Below, in pieces: positions 1 to 9,976 of a stretch of 64,000 nt of DNA. The position numbers were made by a program, and so were the translations under genes. Under the pieces are notes generated by a model. That model saw only the letters and a program-made list of their open reading frames with translations. It made no database searches and was not told where the DNA came from. Origin of the DNA: Alphaproteobacteria bacterium (GTDB taxonomy: Bacteria > Pseudomonadota > Alphaproteobacteria > UBA2966); NCBI GenBank assembly GCA_964291395.2, contig OZ219857.1:32001-96000 (forward strand), in the 5' to 3' direction. Positions within the stretch are counted from its first letter, which is position 1. Each line of letters opens with the position of its first letter.

Positions 1-260
1 AGCGACGACGGGAGAGCCGCGAAATCCCAGAAGGCCGGCGAGGCCGCCATGCCGCACAAGGCCGACGACGGCGCGCCGCCTCTGCCGGGAACCAGCAGGT
101 GCTGTCCGCACTTGCCTTCGAAACCGTTGGATTTCACCCACGACCTGACCGCCGGGGGCCGGGACGCCAGCCAGGACGGCAGGGCGTCCTCGCTCAGCGG
201 ATGAAGGGGGACCGCGCGTCGCGCCGCCGATACGAACGCCGGCAATTCGGTCATCGACAT
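1..260 (-). CDS. Leucyl aminopeptidase (M17 family), N-terminal part; runs off the window start
   Basis: Manual translation from ATG 260: MSMTELPAFVSAARRAVPLHPLSEDALPSWLASRPPAVRSWVKSNGFEGKCGQHLLVPG...FWDFAALPSS. Resembles the N-domain of alphaproteobacterial M17 peptidases. Not in the ORF track because it is truncated. Confidence 0.65.
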   Translation of the reverse strand, partial: MSMTELPAFVSAARRAVPLHPLSEDALPSWLASRPPAVRSWVKSNGFEGKCGQHLLVPGRGGAPSSALCGMAASPAFWDFAALPSS

Positions 261-279
261 CTCGAGGCCGGGGCGCCGG

Positions 280-1251
280 TCAGAGGGTGACGACGACGTT
301 GCCCATCACCCTGCCGCTTTCCACGGCCTCGTGCGCCTCGACGATGTCGGCCAGCGGATACGTCTCGGCGATCGTGTGCCGGAGCGACCCGGCCTTCAAC
401 AGCTCATTGACCGCCGCCGCACAGGCGTCGCGCACCTCGTCCGTCAACCGATACATGATGAAGAAACGGAAGGTGATGTCGTTGCGCATGCACCACACGG
501 CGGGGATCTCGGCGGCCGGCGGCGTCGAGCCGTAGACGACGACCGTCCCCCCGGGCCGCAGGACGTCCGGAATCAGACCCGCATTGCCGCCGAGATCGAC
601 CTCGACGATGCGATCGACGCGACGCCCTCCCGTGATCTCCTGCACCCGTTCGCCCACGTTTTCGGTCTTGTAATCGATCGTGTGATCGGCCCCGCCGGCC
701 CTGGCGTGGGCCGCCTTCTCCGCCGAGCTCACCGTGGCGATCACGGTCGCACCCTGCAACTTCGCGATCTGTACGACGTAGTGTCCCACGGCACCGGCAC
801 CGCCCGGCACGAGAAGCGTCTGCCCCGAGACATCGCCATCCAGGGTCAGCGCCCGATAGGCCGTGAGCACGGGAATGCCGAGACAGGCACCGGCGGCCTC
901 GTCCGTGCCTCCGGGCAGGGGAACGGCATAATCCGAGCCGATCGCGATGTACTCGGCTGCCGTGCCGTGCGGCCGGCGCCACTGGCCGTTGATCGTCCAG
1001 ACCCGCTCTCCGATGCGGGACTCGGGTACCCCGTCGCCGACCGCGTCGACCTCTCCGGCGCCGTCGCTGTGGGGAATGATGGTGGGGAATTCCAAGTCCA
1101 TCCCCTGGCGCTTCTTCACGTCGGACGGATTGACGCCCGACGCCGCGACGCGGATCCGCACCTCGCCGGGTGCCGGCGTCGGCGTGTCCACTTCACCGAC
1201 TTCCAATACGTCGGCAGCCGCGCCCTTCCGGCGATAGTAGGCAGCTCTCAT
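280..1251 (-). CDS. NADPH:quinone reductase (zeta-crystallin/MDR family)
   Basis: SGVNPSD, PHSDGAG, VPGGAGAVG nucleotide-binding motif and C-terminal GRVMGNVV. Confidence 0.9.
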   Translation of the reverse strand: MRAAYYRRKGAAADVLEVGEVDTPTPAPGEVRIRVAASGVNPSDVKKRQGMDLEFPTIIPHSDGAGEVDAVGDGVPESRIGERVWTINGQWRRPHGTAAEYIAIGSDYAVPLPGGTDEAAGACLGIPVLTAYRALTLDGDVSGQTLLVPGGAGAVGHYVVQIAKLQGATVIATVSSAEKAAHARAGGADHTIDYKTENVGERVQEITGGRRVDRIVEVDLGGNAGLIPDVLRPGGTVVVYGSTPPAAEIPAVWCMRNDITFRFFIMYRLTDEVRDACAAAVNELLKAGSLRHTIAETYPLADIVEAHEAVESGRVMGNVVVTL

Positions 1252-1278
1252 TCCGTTTCTCCTCGTACGACGGAGTCC

Positions 1279-2733
1279 CTAGTCGTATCCCGGCGGCGGC
1301 ACGAAGCCTCCGATCTCGTCGGCAAGCAGACGTGCGAATTCGATCGTCGTGTGGTCCTCCAGGTGAGGGCCGACAATCTGCACGCCGACCGGGAGACCGT
1401 CCGGCGTCAGGCCGGCCGGCGCCGACGTCCCCGGCAGGTAGACGTTGCAGCTGATGCCCGCCCAGAAGAGCTGGTCGTTGTAGTTCTCCTGCCTGCCGTT
1501 GACCGTGACGGTCCGGAAGAACCGTTCCACGTCCTGCTGATGGGGCATGGCGGCGGTCGCCGCCACGGGGCACAGCAGCACGTCCCAATCCCGAAAAAAG
1601 GCCTCCCAGGCGGCCCGGTCCCGCGTGCGCTGCTGATCGGCGACGGACCAGTCCCGATGGGACTGGACCGCGGCACGCAGCGCGCGGGCCCGGAAGCTCT
1701 CGTCGTCGGCCGACAGGGCTACGGCCTGTTCCGCCGCGTCGTCGATGAAGGATTGCGGCAGGATGCCCGCCGAGGCGCCCCTCAGGAGTTGAACGTAGTT
1801 GGCATGAGCCTCCGCCATGTCGATCTCCGCACGGGCCGAGTCCGAGACCAGGGCGCCTGCCTTGGCACAGGCATCGGCGACCGCCTGTATACGGTCGGTG
1901 ACGTCGCCGTCGACGGCGCAAACCGGAGACTCCAGCAGCACGGCGACGCGGTAGTCCGACAACTTGGCGTGGCGCGGCCCCGGCAGCTCGAGCTTCCAGG
2001 CCTTGGCATCGAGGCCGTCGGCGCCGGCCATCACGTCGAGCGCGGTCGCCAGATCCTCGGCACTGCGCGCCATGGGCCCGACCACGAGGATGTCGAGAGG
2101 CTTGGGATAGCCCGGAAAGTCGTGGCCGGTGGTGGGCAGGATGCCGAAGGTCGGCTTGTGTCCGTAGACGCCGCAATAGTGCGCCGGATTGCGGATCGAG
2201 GAGCCGATGTCGCTGCCCGCATCGAGGGCGGAGAGACCTGCCGCGAGAGCGGCGGCCGATCCGCCGGACGAGCCTCCGGGTGCGCGCGAGAGGTCCCAGG
2301 GATTGTTCGTCGTGCCGTACATGACGTTGAAGGTCTGCCAATCCATCAGCCAGAGCGGCACGTTGGTCGTGCCGAACAGGATGGCGCCGGCGTCGAGGAG
2401 ACGGTCGACCACGACGGCGTTCTCCTCCGGAACGTGCGACGCGAGGCCGGGATCGCCCCATGTCATGTGCAGACCGGCGACGCCGAAGGCTTCCTTGATC
2501 GTCATGGGCACGCCGTGAAACGGCCCCCAGATCTCATCCCTCGCCAGCGCCTCGTCGGCCCGGCGCGCACGTTCCCGGGCGCGCTCCGGATCGAGCTCGA
2601 TGATGGCGTTGAGGCCCGGGTTGTAGCGGTCGACCCTGTCCAGGCAGTGGTCGAGGAGCTCGAGGCATCCCACGTCCCCGGCCCGCACGCGGCGCGCGAG
2701 TTCGAACGCGGGAAGATAGGCGATGTCGCTCAT
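1279..2733 (-). CDS. Amidase (amidase-signature family)
   Basis: GPFHGVPMTIKE, PGGSSGGS and GSDIGSSIRNPA. Start reset to ATG 2733 (MSDIAYLPAF); the longer track ORF overlaps the divergent TauD gene. Confidence 0.9.
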   Translation of the reverse strand: MSDIAYLPAFELARRVRAGDVGCLELLDHCLDRVDRYNPGLNAIIELDPERARERARRADEALARDEIWGPFHGVPMTIKEAFGVAGLHMTWGDPGLASHVPEENAVVVDRLLDAGAILFGTTNVPLWLMDWQTFNVMYGTTNNPWDLSRAPGGSSGGSAAALAAGLSALDAGSDIGSSIRNPAHYCGVYGHKPTFGILPTTGHDFPGYPKPLDILVVGPMARSAEDLATALDVMAGADGLDAKAWKLELPGPRHAKLSDYRVAVLLESPVCAVDGDVTDRIQAVADACAKAGALVSDSARAEIDMAEAHANYVQLLRGASAGILPQSFIDDAAEQAVALSADDESFRARALRAAVQSHRDWSVADQQRTRDRAAWEAFFRDWDVLLCPVAATAAMPHQQDVERFFRTVTVNGRQENYNDQLFWAGISCNVYLPGTSAPAGLTPDGLPVGVQIVGPHLEDHTTIEFARLLADEIGGFVPPPGYD

Positions 2734-2940
2734 GTCCCGTTCCCAGTCGTCGTCGGTCGAGGAAGTTTCACCAGCCGCCGGCGCAGCCGAAAACCTTCCC
2801 TTCCAGAATATGCCTGCGGCCATGGCAAGGAGGCCACCCGCGACCAGGCGGAAACGGCGGGCATCCCGTGATATCGCTTGAGGCACTCGGGAATCCGGGA
2901 GTATGGTCGGACCCACGTCACCGGCCAGCCTTGGCGGATC

Positions 2941-3885
2941 ATGAGTAATACCGAACTCGATGCCTTGCAACCCGACCCGTCGACGACCGCGACGGAGATA
3001 TACCGGAACGCCGGAGTCGACGTGGTTCCGGTTGCGGACGCCATCGGCGCCGAAATTCGCGGCCTCGACCTGAGGAACGAACTCACTCCGGCAGCCCGTG
3101 CCGCGGTGCACCGTGCCTGGCTCGAACACTGCGTCATCCTCGTGCGGGACCAACGGCTGAGCGATGCGGACCTGATTCGGTTCAGCCGCGGCTTTGGCGA
3201 CCTCGACCACGGCCCGCCCATGCCGCGTGCGGCGGACCACGACACCCATCCGGAAATCTTCATCGTTTCGAACGTGTTGGAGGACGGACAGCCGATCGGG
3301 TTTCTCGACGACCGCCCACTGCCGTGGCACACCGACATGTCCTATGCCGAGGTGCCTCCGAAGGCCAGCACGCTCCACGCCCTGGAAGTGCCGGAAGACG
3401 GAAGCGGCAGCACCGGTTTCATCAACATGTACAAGGTGCTCGACTCCCTGCCCGCGGCACTGAGGAACCGCATCGCCTCGCTGCAGCTGAAACACGATCC
3501 CGCCCACGCTCTGCAGGGTGAGGTTCGACACGGTTTCGATGCGGAGGCATACGAACACATCGAGTCGGCGCCCGGACCCGTGCACCCTCTCGTACGCACG
3601 CATCCGGAGACCCGCCGAAGAGCCTTGTATCTTGGACGCCATTGGAACGGCGACAAGCGCGCGACGTTCGTCCCGGGTATGTCACGCGCCCAGTCGGACT
3701 CGCTTCTCGACGAACTCTGGCAATTCGTCGCCGAGGAGCGGTACGCCTGGTACCACGAGTGGCGCGTGGGCGACTACGTGATGTGGGACAACCGCTGCGT
3801 CATGCACCGGCGCGGTCCCTTCAACTCGGCCATGCGCCGCGTCATGCACCGCACACAGATCAAGGACACCGTGCGGCCGATGTAG
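2941..3885 (+). CDS. TauD/TfdA-family Fe(II)/2-oxoglutarate dioxygenase
   Basis: IGAEIRGLDL, WHTD (HxD), HPLVRTHPET and WDNRCVMHRR; ATG at 2941. Confidence 0.92.
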   Translation: MSNTELDALQPDPSTTATEIYRNAGVDVVPVADAIGAEIRGLDLRNELTPAARAAVHRAWLEHCVILVRDQRLSDADLIRFSRGFGDLDHGPPMPRAADHDTHPEIFIVSNVLEDGQPIGFLDDRPLPWHTDMSYAEVPPKASTLHALEVPEDGSGSTGFINMYKVLDSLPAALRNRIASLQLKHDPAHALQGEVRHGFDAEAYEHIESAPGPVHPLVRTHPETRRRALYLGRHWNGDKRATFVPGMSRAQSDSLLDELWQFVAEERYAWYHEWRVGDYVMWDNRCVMHRRGPFNSAMRRVMHRTQIKDTVRPM

Positions 3886-3900
3886 CTCCTGCGCCTTCTC

Positions 3901-4887
3901 CTAAGCCGCCACGAACCCGAAAACGATCGCGTGAGACGTGGCCGGGTCGAGGAAGAAAGCCGGGTCCCGGTCATCCCGACGGACGTCGTTGTCGACGATG
4001 GCGGCACCGCGCTCCTTCAGACCCTCGCGCGTTTCATGGAGGTCCTTGCAGCGCAGAACGACGTCGTGGACACCCTTGCCCCGGGTGGGGCGGAATCGGG
4101 TCAGCGGGTGCCCTTCCCCGAAGTCATGGGCGACTTCGCGGAACTGGAGGTCCGCGTCGCCGATCTCGACGCGCGACCACGGCAGGCCCGATCCGTTCTC
4201 CGCGCCGCGCTCCCGGACGGTCATTCCGATGACCTTCTCGCAGACGCCGGTGGCCGCATCGACGCCGTCGACAAGAATCCCCACGTGGTCGATACCGTCG
4301 AAATAGGGTGACACGGGCGTCTCCCCGCCATCGAGCGTATCGAGCCAGCCGCCTTCCTCGTCGTTCCAGACCAATCCGTCGGCCTCGCTGCGCTCGGTGA
4401 ACTGGAGGAGCACGCCGAAGGTATGTTTGGGATCGGGGAAGAAGAGCTGGCTGCCCCGGATGCCGGGCCGCTCGCCGCCTGCCAGATCGTCGAACAGGGG
4501 TATGCCTTGGGCCTTCAACCTGCGCCAGGCGGCCTTGAGATCCGGCACTTTCACACCGATGTGATGGACCCCCTCGCCCCACCGTTCCAGGTAGCGGATG
4601 AACACGGCCGTATCCAGGTGCAGATTCCCTTCTTTCCCGACCTGGCGCAGCCGGGACGGGTCCCGCGGGGGGACGTAGTCGGGTTCCGCCTCGGAATCGA
4701 CGCCAGGCCTCGGCGGCTGCTGGATGACGAAATCCCCCTCCCCGAAACGGATGAGACCGTTCTTCAGGCCGCTGGTCGGATCCGTAGCGATGCCGTAGAC
4801 CGGCGCGCCGAGAACGTTCTCGAAGAAGTCGATGGCCTTCCGCCGGTCATGAATGGCCAGGCCGAGATGGTCGATGTTGGTGATCAT
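3901..4887 (-). CDS. Tandem two-domain VOC protein (methylmalonyl-CoA epimerase-like)
   Basis: Two copies of the IDHxGI...GxGVHH/VHD...FxDPxxxxG pattern. Confidence 0.75.
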   Translation of the reverse strand: MITNIDHLGLAIHDRRKAIDFFENVLGAPVYGIATDPTSGLKNGLIRFGEGDFVIQQPPRPGVDSEAEPDYVPPRDPSRLRQVGKEGNLHLDTAVFIRYLERWGEGVHHIGVKVPDLKAAWRRLKAQGIPLFDDLAGGERPGIRGSQLFFPDPKHTFGVLLQFTERSEADGLVWNDEEGGWLDTLDGGETPVSPYFDGIDHVGILVDGVDAATGVCEKVIGMTVRERGAENGSGLPWSRVEIGDADLQFREVAHDFGEGHPLTRFRPTRGKGVHDVVLRCKDLHETREGLKERGAAIVDNDVRRDDRDPAFFLDPATSHAIVFGFVAA

Positions 4888-4926
4888 GGTTTCCGTTCCC
4901 CCGCGATTGGATTCCGATGCCGGCTC

Positions 4927-6504
4927 TCACGACGGCGGCGGCGTCCGGTACGTCTCCACCAGACGGCGGCGGAGCAGTTTGCCCGTAGGACCCTTGGGCA
5001 TCGTTTCGATGAACCGGATCGTCTTCGGACACTTGTATGCCGCCAAGCGACGGCGGCAGAAGTCGATGATCTCCTCCACGGCCGGCGTGGCTCCTTCGAC
5101 CGGCACCACGAACGCCCTGACCTCTTCACCGTACTTGGCATCGCCGACGCCGACGACGGCCGCCTCCCGGATTTCAGGGTGCTGCAGCAGGACCTCGTCG
5201 ACCTCGCGCGGATAGACGTTCTGGCCGCCGCGAATGATCAAGTCCTTCTTCCGGTCGACGATGTAGAGGTAGCCGTCGGCGTCCAAGTAGCCGATGTCTC
5301 CGGTCAGGAACCATCCATCCCGGAAGGCGGCCTCCGTTGCCTCCGGGTCGTTGAAGTACCCCCGCGTGATGGCGCTGCCCTGAAGAATGACCTCGCCCCG
5401 CGCTCCGGGCGCGAGGGGATGGCCGTCATCGTCCGCGACGGCAATACGCGCGTCGCCGATCGCCCGGCCGACGGAGCCGAAGCGACGATAACCCTCTTCC
5501 CGGCCGGGCCGAAACACCCCTTGCGGCGGCACGGGGTTGAACGTGACGCGGCAGACCGTCTCGGTCAGGCCGTAACCCTCGATGATGACGGTGCCGAACG
5601 CGCGCTCGAACTCCTCCAGCAACGGCACCGGCAGCGAACTGGAGCCGCAGATGAACAATCGAAGACCATGGGCCGGAGGCGCTGACGCGCCCGACGCCCG
5701 ATGCGCCTCGAGCAGGATGTAAAGCACGGTGGGCGCGGCGCTGCAGTAGGTCGCTCCGGTCTCCGCAGCGAGGGTCCAGAACGCGGACGCGCTGAACCGC
5801 CGCGGCACAACGACGCTGGCCCCCGCGACGAGGGCCGCGATCACGGAGTGCATTTCGGCGTTGGTGTGATAGAGCGGCAGGACACAGAGGGAACGATCCT
5901 CGGGGCCGAATCCCATCCAATCGACGATATAGTAGCAATCCGCCAGGATGTTCCGGTGGCTCAGCATGACCCCCTTGGGACGGCCGGTAGAACCCGAGGT
6001 ATGGACGATCTGAGCGACGGAGTCGGCGTCCACGTGCGGCAGGGACGTGCCGCCCCGGTCGGCAGGTTCACGTGAATCCCACAGGGATCTCGGATCGTCG
6101 CAGACGCGTTTGGCGGGGCATCCGTCGCGCCGCACCAGCTCAACGAAGTTCGAGTCGGCGCAGACGACCTCGACCGCCGCATTGGCGAGGATGAAGTCGA
6201 CCTCGCTTTCCCGCAACGCCGTGTTGATCGGGCAGGCGACGGCGCCCAGCGACATGACTCCGAAATAGACGACGACGAAGTCGAGGCCGTTCGCCATCAC
6301 GAGGCCGACGTTATCGCCGGGCTTCACGCCCCACTGGTCGCGCAGGCATCGGGCGACGGCGCGGGTCGCTTCGCGCAATTCGGCGTAGGTCAACTCGGCG
6401 TCGTCATCCGGGGCGGTCAGGAAGGGGCGATTCGGCGTCGCCGCCGCCCGCAACTCGATCAGCGCGGGCAGACTTTCGAATATCCTGGGTTCGACTTCCG
6501 TCAT
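4927..6504 (-). CDS. Acyl-CoA synthetase / AMP-binding enzyme
   Basis: HTSGSTGRPKG, EGYGLTE, WFLTGDIG, DRKKDLIIRGG and PKGPTGK. Confidence 0.92.
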   Translation of the reverse strand: MTEVEPRIFESLPALIELRAAATPNRPFLTAPDDDAELTYAELREATRAVARCLRDQWGVKPGDNVGLVMANGLDFVVVYFGVMSLGAVACPINTALRESEVDFILANAAVEVVCADSNFVELVRRDGCPAKRVCDDPRSLWDSREPADRGGTSLPHVDADSVAQIVHTSGSTGRPKGVMLSHRNILADCYYIVDWMGFGPEDRSLCVLPLYHTNAEMHSVIAALVAGASVVVPRRFSASAFWTLAAETGATYCSAAPTVLYILLEAHRASGASAPPAHGLRLFICGSSSLPVPLLEEFERAFGTVIIEGYGLTETVCRVTFNPVPPQGVFRPGREEGYRRFGSVGRAIGDARIAVADDDGHPLAPGARGEVILQGSAITRGYFNDPEATEAAFRDGWFLTGDIGYLDADGYLYIVDRKKDLIIRGGQNVYPREVDEVLLQHPEIREAAVVGVGDAKYGEEVRAFVVPVEGATPAVEEIIDFCRRRLAAYKCPKTIRFIETMPKGPTGKLLRRRLVETYRTPPPS

Positions 6505-6811
6505 GGACGCGCCCGTACAAGCGCCGAGGGGATCGTGAAGTTCCGCTCGGCGACCTGCCTCAGCCTCGAGAACTCGGCGGAGTCCTAGCTCTCCGCAACC
6601 GATACGTCCAATACGGATTTGAGAGGCCGGATTTACCGTCGGCGCCGCGCAGGACGTCGAACGCGTTCACGTCCGCGTTCACCCGGTCGCGACAGGCATG
6701 GGACTCGCCCCGCGCCCGGCGTCGTCACGACACTTTCAGCCTCCACGGGCTGTTTCCCGCCGCGGCCGTCAGCATGGCGCGCGAAATCGGGCGGGCGCCC
6801 ACGGACGCCGA

Positions 6812-7015
6812 TCAGATGCTCCGGCGGGCGGGCTCCTCGGCCACCGTGAAGCGGGCGTAGCAATCGCCGCGGGTCTCCTCGGCGACCCGGCGCCACGCAA
6901 CCAACGCCGCGTCACGATCCGAATAGGGGCCCATCACACGCTCGCTGCCGCTCACGAGCTCGTTGAAGCTCGTATCCGTGTACTCGCCGCCAACGACCCA
7001 GAATCTCGTATTCAT
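6812..7015 (-). CDS. Small DUF4170-like protein downstream of aceA
   Basis: 67 aa, MNTRFWVVGGEYTDTSF...GPY...AW...RF; starts 28 bp after the aceA stop on the same strand. Confidence 0.7.
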   Translation of the reverse strand: MNTRFWVVGGEYTDTSFNELVSGSERVMGPYSDRDAALVAWRRVAEETRGDCYARFTVAEEPARRSI

Positions 7016-7043
7016 CACAGGATCCCCCGCCGATTGATGTGCG

Positions 7044-8336
7044 CTATTCGGCCGCAATGGCCGGCGTTTCGAATTGGGCGGTCTCCGTCGAGTCGGCAAG
7101 GGCCGTGGTCGAAGACCGACCGCCGCCGATGGCTTCGGCAACGGCATCGAAGTACCCGGTGCCCACCTCGTGCTGGTGACGCGTCGCGGTGTATCCCTCG
7201 GCCTCGGCGGCGAACTCGGCACCCTGAAGCTCCGCATACCCGGCCATGCCGCGGTCCCGGTAAGCCCCGGCGAGCTCGAACATGCCGTGGTTGAGGACGT
7301 GGAATCCGGCGAGGGTCACGAACTGATACTTGTAGCCCATGGCACCAAGCTCGCGGTGGAACCGTTCCATGGTGGGAACGTCGAGGTGGGCCGACCAGTT
7401 GAAGGAGGGCGAACAGTTATAGGAGAGCATCTTGCCCGGGAATTCCGCGTGTATGGCCTCCGCGAAGCGCCGCGCCTGCTCCAGATCGGGCGTCGACGTC
7501 TCCATCCAGAGGAGGTCGGCGTACTCGGCGTACGCCAGACCGCGGGCGACACAGCGCTCGAAGCTCGTACCTTCCCGGAGCCGGTAGAAACCTTCCGCCG
7601 TGCGCTCACCCGTGAGGAACTCGCGATCCCGCTCGTCGACATCGCTGGTGATCAGCTTGGCGCTTTCCGCATCGGTCCGCGCGAGGATGATCGTGGGTAC
7701 CCCCATGACATCGGCCGCGAGGCGGGCCGCCAGGAGGTTGCGGATGTGTTGCTGGGTGGGAATGAGGACCTTGCCCCCCATATGCCCGCACTTCTTCTCG
7801 GAAGCGAGCTGGTCTTCGATGTGGATGCCCGCGGCACCGGCTTCGATATAGGCCTTGGTGACTTCGAACGCATTCAGGACGCCTCCGAAGCCCGCTTCGG
7901 CGTCGGCGACGATGGGGACGAACCAGTCGATGCCGCCCTCGCCGTCCAGCATCTGGATCTGGTCAGCACGACGCAGGGTGTTGTTGATGCGCCGAACGAG
8001 CTCGGGTCCGCTGTCGCTCGGATAGAGGCTCTGATCGGGATACATCGAGCCCGCTTTGTTGTTGTCCGCGGCGACCTGCCAGCCGGACAGGTAAATGGAC
8101 TTGAGACCGGCCCGCACCATCTGCATGGCCTGATTGCCGGTGACGGCGCCAAGCGACCGCACGGGCTCCTCATGCTGCAGCAACTGCCAAAGCCGCTCCG
8201 CGCCCCGGCGGGCGAGGGTGTGCTCGATGCGAATGCTGCCGGAAAGCCGCTCGACATCGGCCACCGTGTAGTCCCGGCGAATGCCGGCAAAGCGGCCGGA
8301 CGGCGCCCCACTTCGCTGCTCCATCTCCCGCTGCAT
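7044..8336 (-). CDS. aceA: Isocitrate lyase
   Basis: [19 protein letters not shown], catalytic [18 protein letters not shown] and [11 protein letters not shown]. Confidence 0.97.
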   Translation of the reverse strand: MQREMEQRSGAPSGRFAGIRRDYTVADVERLSGSIRIEHTLARRGAERLWQLLQHEEPVRSLGAVTGNQAMQMVRAGLKSIYLSGWQVAADNNKAGSMYPDQSLYPSDSGPELVRRINNTLRRADQIQMLDGEGGIDWFVPIVADAEAGFGGVLNAFEVTKAYIEAGAAGIHIEDQLASEKKCGHMGGKVLIPTQQHIRNLLAARLAADVMGVPTIILARTDAESAKLITSDVDERDREFLTGERTAEGFYRLREGTSFERCVARGLAYAEYADLLWMETSTPDLEQARRFAEAIHAEFPGKMLSYNCSPSFNWSAHLDVPTMERFHRELGAMGYKYQFVTLAGFHVLNHGMFELAGAYRDRGMAGYAELQGAEFAAEAEGYTATRHQHEVGTGYFDAVAEAIGGGRSSTTALADSTETAQFETPAIAAE

Positions 8337-8447
8337 CGGTTCCTCCCCTACTTCAAGCTCAAACTGTGATACGTCGTGTTCGACGTAACTTAATTGACAA
8401 AAATCGGAATGGTCTATACCTCTCTGAATGTAAAAGGGTAATCGAGA

Positions 8448-8486
8448 TAACTTTGCAAATTTTTATTTTGTGAATTTGTAAAGTTA
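8448..8486. promoter_or_regulatory. Putative RamB/ScfR operator (inverted repeat of TTTGCAAA-type boxes)
   Basis: TAACTTTGCAAAT (8448-8460), 13-bp spacer, ATTTGTAAAGTTA (8474-8486); 12/13 inverted match in the AT-rich divergent aceA/regulator gap. TTTGCAAA is the known RamB/PccR box. Confidence 0.7.
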
Positions 8487-8509
8487 GAAAATAATGTAAG
8501 CTGTGGACG

Positions 8510-9970
8510 ATGCCGATGACGGATCGGTCCGTGGAACGAAAAGTCCTGCTGGGACACAAAATCCGCCGCTTTCGCGAGGATCTCGCCCTCAAGCAGAGCG
8601 AGATGGCGGAACAGCTCGAGATTTCACCGAGTTACCTGAACCTCATCGAGCACAATCAGCGGCCGGTGACGGTTCAACTCCTGTTTCGCCTCGGACAAGC
8701 GTTCGACATCGACCTCAAAGAATTCGCCGAAGACGACAATGCCCGGCTCTACGCGGGACTCCGGGAGGTGTTCGGCGACCCGCTGTTCGGAGACCGTCCG
8801 GCACGGGATGCGGACATCCGGGCCATCGCCGAGGCCGGGCCCACGGCGGCAGAGGCCGTACTTACGCTCTACAAGTCCTATCGCGAATTGCGCGAGGATT
8901 CCCAGATTCTGGCCGAACAGGTACAGGTGGCGAGCCGGGACACGCCGCAGGGGGTCGGCGGCCAGGTATTTCCGGTGGAGGAAGTCCGCGAGTATCTGCA
9001 GTCGGAGTCCAATCACTTCCCCGAAATCGAAGCGAGCGCGGAAGATCTGTGGATCGAAGCCGATCTGGATCCGACGGACGTGTTCCGTGGTCTCGGAAAT
9101 TACCTGCGCGACGTTCACGGTATCGAGGTGCGCGTGCTCCCCGTCGACGTGATGCCCGAGACTACGCGCCGCTACGATTTCCACCGTCGGCGCGTGCTCC
9201 TCTCCGAATTGCTCTCGCCGGCGGCGCGAAGCTTCCAACTCGCCGTTCAGGTCGCCCTCAACACGCACCGCGACCTGCTCGACCGCCACGTAGAACGGGC
9301 AGAGCTCTCAAGCCCGGAGGCCGAGCGTCTCTGCCGTCTGTCGCTCGCCAACTACCTCGCGGGCGGCGTCATCATGCCCTACGGACGGTTCCTCGACGCG
9401 GCCAAAACCTTGCGTTACGACATCGAGATCCTGCAACGCCGTTTCGGCGCCAGTTTCGAGCAGATCTGCCACCGCTTGACCACCCTCGACCGCCACGGCG
9501 CACGCGGAGTCCCCTTCTTCTTCATCCGGGTCGACAACGCCGGCAACGTTTCCAAACGCCTCAGCGGGGGCGGATTCCACTTCGCCCGATTCGGCGGCAC
9601 CTGTCCGCGCTGGATCGTGCATGATGCCTTTCGCATGCCGGGACAGATTCGAACCCAGGTAGCCGCCATGCCCGACGGCTCGCGGTTCTTCACGATTGCC
9701 CGAACCGTCGATCCGATCGAATCCCGGACATGGGAACAGCCGCCGCAATACGCCATCGGCTTGGGATGCGACATCCGAGACGCCGGACAGCTCGTCTACG
9801 CGGACGGCCTCAACCTTGAAAATGAACGGGCGGCGACCCCGATCGGTGTGGCATGCCGTGTCTGCGAGCGCCTCGACTGTCGGCAGCGGGCGCACCCACC
9901 ACTCAACTACCGCCTGAAAATCGACGAAAACGTGCGTCGCACCACGCCATTCACTTTCGCGCAGGAATAA
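8510..9970 (+). CDS. ramB: XRE-family short-chain fatty acyl-CoA regulator (RamB/PrpR/ScfR), divergent from aceA
   Basis: N-terminal HTH (ISPSYLNLIEHNQRP), SFEQICHRLTTL, FARFGGTCPRW and C-terminal CRVCERLDCRQRA. Confidence 0.85.
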   Translation: MPMTDRSVERKVLLGHKIRRFREDLALKQSEMAEQLEISPSYLNLIEHNQRPVTVQLLFRLGQAFDIDLKEFAEDDNARLYAGLREVFGDPLFGDRPARDADIRAIAEAGPTAAEAVLTLYKSYRELREDSQILAEQVQVASRDTPQGVGGQVFPVEEVREYLQSESNHFPEIEASAEDLWIEADLDPTDVFRGLGNYLRDVHGIEVRVLPVDVMPETTRRYDFHRRRVLLSELLSPAARSFQLAVQVALNTHRDLLDRHVERAELSSPEAERLCRLSLANYLAGGVIMPYGRFLDAAKTLRYDIEILQRRFGASFEQICHRLTTLDRHGARGVPFFFIRVDNAGNVSKRLSGGGFHFARFGGTCPRWIVHDAFRMPGQIRTQVAAMPDGSRFFTIARTVDPIESRTWEQPPQYAIGLGCDIRDAGQLVYADGLNLENERAATPIGVACRVCERLDCRQRAHPPLNYRLKIDENVRRTTPFTFAQE

Positions 9971-9976
9971 GTCGCT

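Noticed and set aside
331-2871. 846-aa plus-strand ORF and many other long ORFs (e.g. 41287-42837, 46656-48440, 25039-27342)
   Set aside because: Antisense or alternate-frame shadows of well-supported genes in high-GC DNA; Arg/Pro/Gly-rich and without motifs.
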